Made by a program: the position numbers and the translations under genes. A DNA stretch of 64,000 nucleotides from Histomonas meleagridis 2922-C6/04-290x (lineage: Eukaryota > Protista > Parabasalia), in NCBI GenBank assembly GCA_020184695.1, contig JAANOX010000235.1:62001-126000 (forward strand), read 5' to 3'. Positions 1-9,156 of the stretch are shown piece after piece. The notes beneath the pieces are model-generated. The model was not told where the DNA came from. It worked only from the letters and a program-made list of their open reading frames with translations, and searched no databases. How positions within the stretch are numbered: position 1 is the stretch's first letter; each line of letters starts with the position of its first letter.

Positions 1-2202
1 TAACTATTTCTGTATAACCGTTCCAAGATGCTTTCATAAGTGCTGTATTAAATAATTTAAATAATTTCCAAATATTATTTTGAAATAGAAAATTATTAAA
101 ATAAATTTTAAATAAAACAAACAAACACCCCCAACACCAACATCATTTCCTTTGTATTCACGTAGTAATTTAACTATTTCTGTATGACCATTCCAAGATG
201 CTTTCATAAGTGCTGTATTAAATAATTTAAATAATTTCCAAATATTATTTTGAAATAGAAAATTATTAAAATAAATTTTAAATAAAACAAATAAATATCT
301 TTAACATTAATATCAATTCCTTCTTGTTCAAGAAGTAATTTAACTATTTCTGTATAACCTTCATAAGATGCCCACATAAGTGCTGTATTAAATAATTTAA
401 ATAATTTCCGTATGTCGTTTTGAAATATAAAATTATTAAAATAAATAATATCTTTAGCATTAATATCAATTCCTTCTTGCTCAAGAAGTAATTTAACTAT
501 TTCTGTATGACCATTCCAAGATGCAAACATAAGTGCTGTATTAAATAATTTAAATAATTTCCAAATATTATTTTGAAATATCAAATTATTAAAATAAACA
601 TCAAATAAAACAAATAAATATTTTTGATATTAATATCAATTCCTTCTTGTTCAAGAAGTAATTTAACTATTTCTGTATGACCAAAAAAAAATGCTTTCAT
701 AAGTGCTGTTTCAATTAATTTAAATAATTTCCAAATATTATTTTGAAATATGAAATAATAAAAATAAATATTATCTTTAGCATTAATATCAATTCCTTCT
801 TGTTCAAGAAGTAATTTAACTATTTCTATATGACCATTATAAGATGCTAAAATAAGTGCTGTTAAAAATAATTTAAATAATTTCCAAATATTATTTTGAA
901 ATATAAAATTATTAAAATAAATATTAAACAAAACAAATAAATATCTTTAACATTAATATCAATTCCATGTTTTAAAAAGTACTTAATTAATTGTTCATGA
1001 TTATACTTTGATGCCCATAAAAATGCTTTTTCAAAAAAATTAATGAAATTTTAAATAAATATTTATCACATAGAATTATGTAATTTAACATCGTCATTCT
1101 CAATCTTAATTCCTTTTTGTTTGATGAGCCATTTCACTACCATAGGGTTTCCATATCCAAGAAATTGGGAAAAAGTTCTTTTTAATCATTTTTGTTTCAT
1201 AAAATATATGTATAAATGGAAGATAATGTAAACTTAATACACCAGCTTTGAGTAAAAGATATAATTTTTGATAAACCTTCTTTCTCTAAAAAAGATAAAA
1301 TTTCATAATTAATGTGTTTTAAGCATTGTATTCCTAATTCATTTATATCTTTGTTAAAGATTAAGTTTTTTCTTTCTTCAAATTTTTGATTTCTTTCATC
1401 ATAAAAATAATAAAAAACGTCATTTCGATGAAATTGAATTGCTGTTTCTAATACATAGCTAATAGTCGAATTATTTTGTATGCATAAATGAATAATTTCT
1501 AAATTTCCGCCTGCAATCGCATATTTTAATGTATTTTTAACATTTGATCCATTAATTAATAAAAACTTAAAACATTTAATTGACTTATAAAATGCACAAA
1601 AAAATCAATTAATGAAACATTTTTTTATGATTAACAAATGAATGTTTTTTATAAGGTGATGGTTCAATTGTTTGATTGAAGTCAAATTTATTTTGCGTTG
1701 ACATTTCTTGTAATTCTTCTAAATTATCATTTCGAAGAATCTCCAATATATGATTTTCTTTCTGATTTTCTTTGTCTTCTTTATTTATAATTTTTTTTAA
1801 ATAATAATAAAGATTTGAAGGTATCATTTTATGGTCGTTCATTTCGTTAAGAAGACATTCTGATTCACTTGTATTTTTTATGTAAAGATAAATGGTTAAT
1901 ACCTTAAGTAGTTTTGAAAAACTTAAATTTTTTGTATTTAATAACAAGTTTAAAAATGAAATGTATAATTTTGCATCTTTATTTTGCGTAAAATAAGCCA
2001 TATAAATACACTGAGTAATATAAAATTCATAGAGTAAAGGACAACTTGGCTGAACTTCTAATACTTTTGAAACTTTCTGAAAAATTAATTCGAGATTATT
2101 TTCATTTAATTCTAAAAACAACTTTTCAATTGCAAGAGCTTCATCAGGAACGAGTTGCAAAACTGATGGACTTGGTGGAGGAGGTGGAGGAGGAATGTCC
2201 AT
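1..2202 (-). CDS. DUF3447-domain + ankyrin-repeat protein, copy 1 (3' end runs off the window; homopolymer frameshifts; ankyrin hairpins split by 17-nt inserts)
   Basis: ATG at 2202 (MDIPPPPPPP...). DUF3447-type segment NDNLEELQEM..FDFNQTIEPSPY..SLIDFCAFYKSIKCFKFL..YAIAGGNLEIIHL. From 945 downward, six ankyrin repeats decode after removing 17-nt inserts: KDNYGLTAL, KDNHGETAL, KNDDGNTAL, KDIYGNTAL, KDKSGNTAL, GGKSGNTAL. Indels at about 1600-1625, 1265 and 1180 are all in A/T homopolymers. Confidence 0.85.
50..942 (-). other. Array of 22 non-canonical 17-nt inserts separating single codons in ankyrin hairpins (copy 1)
   Basis: Counted by hand: 4+3+4+3+4+4 inserts, each exactly 17 nt. Removal restores D-x-x-G-x-T-A-L in each repeat. 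Confidence 0.9.
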
Positions 2203-3390
2203 AAAAATTATAGAAACGATCATAAGTCACTCAATTTATCAAAAAGTGAATTCAAAGTGTTGCTGGAATGAGGAAGAACTTCATCCCAGTAAATACACTG
2301 ATCTCAATAAATACAAACCAAATATGATTCGCTATACTGTTATGTATGTTGCGAAGTTCACAAAGCCTCTGAGTAATTGGCATTTTCCGGACATACTGGA
2401 ATATCATAACATTTATCACCGCACATAGTCTTATTCATAGGTGAAATAGCTACCGTAGATTCAGTCTCGAATGCTTCAAGTATTCTTTTTTTATTCATTG
2501 AAGGCATTCTTTATTAATAACTTAATTTCTTCTTCGATTTTATGTCATTTCCCATGCATGGCAGCTCCAGGGTTAAATACCTTGTAATACATAGAATGAA
2601 CAGTGCACTGTTACGATTTTTGTTTATCCAAAGCCCATAATGTTCACCGATCCTACTTCTTTGGTGTATCATCTTTCTCACACAGCTAAAACACATGCTG
2701 GTATTTTTTTTTTAAGTCCATAATAAACAATTATAATCAGGAACGTGAAATTTATTAACTCAATTTAACATACTGATTTTTCAAGAAAAAATTCGGGTAG
2801 TTATTTTAGCAATCATTATTACACCTTATTTTATATGAATTGCACAACAAAGTTATCGAATACCAATTAGATTTTAATAGAATTTTTTATTTTTTCTATT
2901 AAAACACTGCACTTCCATAAGTTAGATAAAATTTTTAACTCAAAATTTGGATTATATAGAAGTTGATAATCTTTCTAAAAAAAAAAATTATTTTTTCACT
3001 TCACAATATTTTGAATGCTTTGATAACTTTACACCACCTTTTCAGGTTCGAACTAACTACTAATTGATTCAAAACGATAAATAAAACAAAAAATTGAACG
3101 AAAAGTGTCGTTTTACACAAAACTGACAATTTTTTCTTCACTATAAAATCTTTTTCGTTTTTACTATCAATGATTAAGGAATCTAATTATTTTAACAAGA
3201 TATTGAATCAGTCCGAATATCTTTGGAAAATTCGGTACTTTTTGATGAACAATGTGACTTTAAACTCCACCGTCAGCCTCAAATTTGTGAACAATTGTTT
3301 CATCCGTCGAAGATTTCAATAAAAAGATAAATGACGCACATTTTTGAATGGAATACATTATGCTTAAAATCAATTTCAGAATTTTTACTA

Positions 3391-4743
3391 TCATTTATTC
3401 GTTGCTCTTCTGATTGGGGAATCCTTTGGTACTGACGCTGGTTGTGGTTTTCCGAACACCCAACCGCCTCTTACCACCGTAGCTTGCGTCCGTTGCTGTT
3501 GTTGCTGTGGATGCTGCTGTTGCCTTCTTCCATTTCTTTGCTGCTTTCCGCCGCGTCCTGTTCCTTGCTGCTGCGCTGGTGGCGGTGGCTGCTGCTTTGC
3601 CGACGTCTGCAGCACTGGCGTCGCCTTCTTCGGCTGCTGCTGTTGTTGCCGCTGCTTCTGTTCTTGTCCGCCTCTTCGCGAGCGACCTCTATTGCCCTTA
3701 GGCTGCGGCTGCTGCTTCTGTTTCTGTTGCTTTGGCATCTCCCGGAAGGACTTTGGCGTCGGGTATTTGTCAAGGATGGCTTGCACCTCAGCAGTGACCG
3801 GAATTGGGAAATCATATTTCTGGTTGACAAGGAATGCCTTAAGCTTCTCCATACCATATAAGTCGTTGCGACGATATGTTCTTAATGCCTCACTTTCGAA
3901 ATCTTTGAATACATCCTCATTCCAAAATATTTCTAAGCCATACGAGGCAAAGCGGAAGAAGCATTCCATCCCATAATGCGAATTGGAACTATAATCTTCA
4001 CGTGCAAACGTGAGAAATTCTTGATACATCTCGGCATCAAAATGTTCGCGGAGATAGAAACACCAGAAACAATAAAGAGAATTCATCTCAGATGATTGCC
4101 CAATGCCTAAGCGTGCACGTTCAGCAACGGCTTTTTCCTTGAACTGGATGTATTTGGCTTCAACAAAGAAACCATCAGCCATGAGCTCATGTGATATATG
4201 ATCGTAGTAATGATGAATATCATTATCAATTTCTTTGCTGATGATATCATCAGCAGTAATTTCACTATTCTTTTTAAGTGTGCCTTTCTTGACTTTGGTG
4301 ATGTGGATGATCTTAGAACCGCCTCCTGCGACATAGTCTCTGCTACGACGACTAATGTTTGGAACTAAATCATCAATATTTGAAAATTTAAGTTCCTGCA
4401 TACGATCACTGTATGAGTGATAACCTTCATCATACAGCTCGAGTCCATCTCTGATTGTTCTGTCATTGCTCAAAAGAGGTTTTCTATAACCCGCACCAGT
4501 CCTATGACGATAAGCAACTCTATCTTGCCTCTTTTGTTTGAACTGGACATGAGGTCTGTTGCTACTTTCGCCTTCTTCATCTCCTTGATAATATGCAGAA
4601 TCAATCATATCATCATCTTCATCTTGGTCAAAATCATATGCATAGTCCTCTTCCTCTTCTAATTCGAAGTCATACTGTTCCTCTTCCTCTTCTACATTAT
4701 CTGTATGCTGGGAAATTGGAGCAATAACATCCCAATCTGACAT
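3391..4743 (-). CDS. LARP1-type DM15-repeat protein (acidic N-terminus, Q/RG-rich C-terminus, no La motif seen)
   Basis: SSEMNSLYCFWCFYLREHFDAEMYQEF...YGMECFFRFASYGLE...VFKDFESEA...LYGMEKLKAFL matches the LARP1 DM15 consensus. TCACA initiator-like motif just upstream of the ATG. Confidence 0.85.
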   Translation of the reverse strand: MSDWDVIAPISQHTDNVEEEEEQYDFELEEEEDYAYDFDQDEDDDMIDSAYYQGDEEGESSNRPHVQFKQKRQDRVAYRHRTGAGYRKPLLSNDRTIRDGLELYDEGYHSYSDRMQELKFSNIDDLVPNISRRSRDYVAGGGSKIIHITKVKKGTLKKNSEITADDIISKEIDNDIHHYYDHISHELMADGFFVEAKYIQFKEKAVAERARLGIGQSSEMNSLYCFWCFYLREHFDAEMYQEFLTFAREDYSSNSHYGMECFFRFASYGLEIFWNEDVFKDFESEALRTYRRNDLYGMEKLKAFLVNQKYDFPIPVTAEVQAILDKYPTPKSFREMPKQQKQKQQPQPKGNRGRSRRGGQEQKQRQQQQQPKKATPVLQTSAKQQPPPPAQQQGTGRGGKQQRNGRRQQQHPQQQQQRTQATVVRGGWVFGKPQPASVPKDSPIRRATNK

Positions 4744-5613
4744 TTTTGAAATGTGATATAAAATAAACGTCTCAAGCAGTTCACCTTTGAAAAACTTAAG
4801 ATAACTTTCAATTACTCAGTAAAAGAGATTTTAATTAATACAAAAAGTTTGTCTATTGAATTGAATTTCATCGTGATTTTTATTGTTTTTTTCGGTGTTT
4901 TGGAACTAAACGAAACAACTTTAATGTTCTAAAACTTGTAACCATCAAGTCCTTGACATGAACAATCTAAAAAATTTGGGAATTTGATGAATGAATAAAG
5001 TTTAACAGGAAATCATTTTTCCAATAATTTCTTCAAATCATATCTTCTCTACGTCAAGCTTTTTAATAAAATTGCTAAGTTTTGTAAATAAGCGCATGCT
5101 CCTTCAAAAGAAATCATAACAATAATTTTAAAAAAGGCTAAATATAGTCAGTAAAAATGCTTAGTTTAGTACAATTGACATTAACAAATGGATATGAGAA
5201 AGTAAGTTTCATTTAGAAATTATAACGAGCAATTTGTAGAATTGATTTTTGAATTATGATTTTATAAAAATTTAAAAATTATAATATTTAGTAATAAGCA
5301 AGCACATGAAAGATATGTTTTTAAAAACTAAATATCAAAAATTAGATGTACAAATATTTACAAATTAAAATAAACAATCAAATTAGTACTTCTTTTGTTC
5401 TAACCCATATAAATAAAATATTAATTGTAATCATAAGTTTTTTGTTGATTTTTTCTTGGATGTAATATCATATTTTGGCGCATTAACCAATTTCTCCAAA
5501 TCACGGCTTGACATTTATACAATTACATGTAAAGCATTGAAACTAATAACGTTTTCTCCGCGCTGTTTTAGTAAATATCTCAATTTTGTACGTTACTATA
5601 AAAACATATCCAA

Positions 5614-8600
5614 ATGTTGCTTGCTGCTCGTTCATCTCCCAATCAAAGATTACCACAAATCAACCCTTATGCATCTCCATCAAGGATTGCATATCAGAGA
5701 ACTTTCCCAGTAAAACAAAAATTAAATCCATTAAATCCAATTCAAGATAACCAACCTAAAAATAAACATGAAATCTTTCAAGCAATGCTGGTATCGTTAA
5801 GGACTGATCCTATTCATCTTGCAATTGAACGCGCTTTTTCAACTTTACTTGATACCAAAAATTGTCTTTTATGGATCTGCAATCAAAAAGCCGATGCCTT
5901 AGTATCTCCAACTCTTGGGAAGTCTATTGGGGTGAGCACAGGGATTGTAGGGGATACTTTTCAAACGAAAAAACTTCAAAATCTCATGAAGCCCATAGAG
6001 CATCCACGTTATTGCCGTGCAATCGACCACGGTAAATGCCCATCCATGTACATTCCATTAATAACAAAAAATGATAAAATTTTTGGAATTGTTCAAGTAT
6101 ATCGTCTCTCTAGTTCTGTTCCTTTTTCATTTAATAACGAAGAAGAAGTCAAGTTCTTCATGCAAAGCTTTACACAACTTTCCCATTTAATTCTTCGTCA
6201 TCAATCAATTCCTATTTCAATAGAAATCAATGAAGTCATAGAAACATTTGATCAGGTCAAAGAGAAACTCAGAAATATGTTCAAGTGTCGTGATGTTCAA
6301 TTTTGGGTCCATGATTTATCATCAGATGAAGTATCCCAAATCATTAAAAATGAAACAGTCAAATCCGAACATGAAGGGCCCATTGAACAAATCATTCGAA
6401 ATCAAATGTCCAAAACATATATTCGTTCACCTCCATCAAATCTTCCAACTGAATCAAATGAATTCACTGAAACATTACTTAGTTCAATGATCGAAAATAA
6501 GCAACAAAAACTTTTTATTATCCTTTTAGGCAAACAAACGCGTCGTACATTTAGTAATACAGATTCATTACGACTTTCACACATTTCCCCATTAATATTA
6601 TCAGCGTTAACCCATTCGAAATCGAGTGGGGAATCCCGAGACTTTGCCTTACGTCTTAAAGCGTTATTAGAAGTTGCCGAAATGATCTCCGAACGCTTAG
6701 ATATTGATACATTAATTCCTACCATTATGGATCGCGCATGTTCTTTAATGCATACTGAGCGATGTTCATTATTCTTATTAGATAATAGCAAACAATCACT
6801 TGTCACTAACTTCCATGGTGGATTAGACCGATCTATCACTATCCCAATTAATATGGGTGTTGCAGGTGCTACAGCTACAACTGGCTCAATCATTAATATT
6901 AACGACGCATATTCTGATCCAAGGTTTAGTAACAAAGTTGATTTAGAAACAGGCTTTACTACAAAGACAATATTATCAGTACCAATCTATAATAATCGTG
7001 GCGATATTACAGGCGTTACAGAGATGATCAATCGAATTGATGGCTCAGCATTTGATGAAGAAGATATTCGAATGATGATGGCGTTTAATGTCTTTTGTGG
7101 CATCTCATTAGATAATGCTAAGTTATATACAACATCATTAAATTTAACACGACAATTACGTGTGTTTGCACAAATGGGTACAGCTATAACTAATTCGAAG
7201 ACAATACAAAACATGTTAACAGAAGTATTAAATAATGCAATGAGTGTTATTCAAGCGGCACGTGCTACAATTTATTCACGTGATTTAGATACTGATACTA
7301 TAACAGTATTACAAAACGTTGGCGAAAATGTTGATAATGGTATTGAATATGCGGAAGAAGTTATAAAGTTACAAAGGCCAAAAATATTTGGTAGACAACA
7401 AAACATTTTAAAAGTAGATGAAAGTAGACCAACATTATCTCGAGTTTCAAGTGTTTTATCATTTGATTCTAATGATGGGTCAATGGTGCCAAAGAATTCA
7501 TCAAATACTAATTCTAATGAACCGAATATTTGTTGTTTCCCTTTAATGACTAATGATCAAAAAATCATCGGCGCAATGGAATTAAAATGTAATTGGGTAT
7601 TCTTATCAGAAGATATGAAATTACTTGATTGCTTTGCTATATTCGCTGCAATATTATTAGAAAAAAGTCAACTCGAAGATATAGCTAAATATGGACAAAT
7701 AGAAACTACAATGAAAAAATGGATATCAAAAGAAGAAAGAAATACTTATGAAATACCAAATAACTTGAAAATACCTGATGAAAGAAAGCCAATAATATTT
7801 ACAATACAATTCGATGCTTCGCAATGGGATGGTATTGGCTTATTTAAAGTTTTATGGGCAATAATGGATAGCTATAATTTATTCGAAGAATTTGATATTA
7901 CAAATGAAACATTTTATCATTTTGTTTATGAAATCTCAAATACTTATAATAAAGTGCCTTACCACAATTGGCGTCATGCAGTCGATGTAACTCAGTTTGT
8001 GACATATCAGGTGAAAACGGCCGGTTTGGATAAAACTTTGACAAAATTCGACCTTTTGGGACTGACGATAGCTTCGATCTGTCATGATGCTAATCATGAA
8101 GGATTTACGAATATATTTAATGAGAAAGCAGAAACACCATTAGGTATACTATTCAAAAATCAAAGCGTTATGGAAACACATCATTGTACAGTATCAATTC
8201 GAATTATCTCAAAAGAAGAATGTAACATATTCCATAAGTTAACACCTGAAGAATATAAGAAAATGTGGACATTAATAATACAATTGATTTTATATACTGA
8301 TATGTCCAAACATTTTGAATTACTTAAAATTATTGGCGCTGAACTCGATAAAGGTCCACTTGATATTAATAATAATGAACACAAACTAATGATAATGAAG
8401 ATTATATTAAAATGCGCTGACATTTCAAACGTTTCAAGACCTTTCGAATTAGCTGATAAATGGTGCGATGTTTTATGCGAAGAATTCTTTAGACAAGGTG
8501 ACTTGGAAATCGAAAGTGGAATGGAATTAACTTCCCCTTTAAATGATAGAGAACATTCCGATAAGCCAAAAAGTCAAATTAATTTCTACAATTTCGTGTG

Positions 8601-8733
8601 TTTGCCATTGTTTAGGATCGCCGTTAGAGCTATGCCGAAATTGGACGTAAATGTTAAACAGATCGAGTCAAATTTGGCAATTTGGCAAAAGGAATCTCAA
8701 CAAGAAGCTCAAAACAAACAAGAAAATCAATAA
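5614..8733 (+). CDS. GAF-domain 3',5'-cyclic nucleotide phosphodiesterase (class I)
   Basis: Catalytic motifs YHNWRHAVDV, CHDANHEG, METHHC, LYTDM, KCADISN, EEFFRQGD, SQINFY. One clear GAF domain (LDIDTLIPTIMDRACSLMHTERCSLFLLD...GVAGATATTG) plus degenerate GAF-like segments. Confidence 0.95.
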   Translation: MLLAARSSPNQRLPQINPYASPSRIAYQRTFPVKQKLNPLNPIQDNQPKNKHEIFQAMLVSLRTDPIHLAIERAFSTLLDTKNCLLWICNQKADALVSPTLGKSIGVSTGIVGDTFQTKKLQNLMKPIEHPRYCRAIDHGKCPSMYIPLITKNDKIFGIVQVYRLSSSVPFSFNNEEEVKFFMQSFTQLSHLILRHQSIPISIEINEVIETFDQVKEKLRNMFKCRDVQFWVHDLSSDEVSQIIKNETVKSEHEGPIEQIIRNQMSKTYIRSPPSNLPTESNEFTETLLSSMIENKQQKLFIILLGKQTRRTFSNTDSLRLSHISPLILSALTHSKSSGESRDFALRLKALLEVAEMISERLDIDTLIPTIMDRACSLMHTERCSLFLLDNSKQSLVTNFHGGLDRSITIPINMGVAGATATTGSIININDAYSDPRFSNKVDLETGFTTKTILSVPIYNNRGDITGVTEMINRIDGSAFDEEDIRMMMAFNVFCGISLDNAKLYTTSLNLTRQLRVFAQMGTAITNSKTIQNMLTEVLNNAMSVIQAARATIYSRDLDTDTITVLQNVGENVDNGIEYAEEVIKLQRPKIFGRQQNILKVDESRPTLSRVSSVLSFDSNDGSMVPKNSSNTNSNEPNICCFPLMTNDQKIIGAMELKCNWVFLSEDMKLLDCFAIFAAILLEKSQLEDIAKYGQIETTMKKWISKEERNTYEIPNNLKIPDERKPIIFTIQFDASQWDGIGLFKVLWAIMDSYNLFEEFDITNETFYHFVYEISNTYNKVPYHNWRHAVDVTQFVTYQVKTAGLDKTLTKFDLLGLTIASICHDANHEGFTNIFNEKAETPLGILFKNQSVMETHHCTVSIRIISKEECNIFHKLTPEEYKKMWTLIIQLILYTDMSKHFELLKIIGAELDKGPLDINNNEHKLMIMKIILKCADISNVSRPFELADKWCDVLCEEFFRQGDLEIESGMELTSPLNDREHSDKPKSQINFYNFVCLPLFRIAVRAMPKLDVNVKQIESNLAIWQKESQQEAQNKQENQ

Positions 8734-9156
8734 AAATGTTCTTTTTTCATTAATACATTTTGAAGGTGTATGTGCAGAAATGAATTTCTCTTTTTTTAAT
8801 TCTTTAGATTTAATTGCACAAATTAAAGCATTTTGTAAAGGCAAATAGATAAAGTAACAATGATGTTCAATAATATAAAGAACAATTTTGTAAATTTATT
8901 AACATTTTTGCTATTATTATATTAATAGATCAACATAGTTTCAGGAAGACAATTACATTTAATTGTAATCGTAATAAGATTTTTAATACCATTGAAGAAT
9001 TCTTCGGTAATTACTGAGATCCAAAATTATTATTAATTTTTATATGATGTTAACATTTCAAAATGATTTTTTTTTCTCATTTCTCAACAAAATCAGAAAA
9101 AGGAATTTAAATTTTATTGATTTATACATATATGAAAAACACAAAACCATTAATTT

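Larger units (their letters stand above)
1..2476 (-). repeat. Inverted segmental duplication, left copy (partner about 39878-42220)
   Basis: The reverse complement of 2476 down to about 600 matches 39878 onward nearly base for base (e.g. TCAGTCTCGAAT 2461-2472 vs ATTCGAGACTGA 39882-39893). The flanks beyond this point are unrelated. Confidence 0.95.

Noticed and set aside
1-960. Classical diversity-generating retroelement
   Set aside because: No reverse transcriptase and no invariant TR/VR pair in the window, and variable codons differ at non-adenine positions too. Only the A-to-G tract at 122-141 is retained as a finding.
3442-3976. Overlapping plus-strand and alternative-frame ORFs over the Q-rich tail of the DM15 gene
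   Set aside because: Shadow ORFs of a GC-rich low-complexity coding region. The same applies to antisense ORFs over Rpt2, HSP70, carbamate kinase and the PDE.
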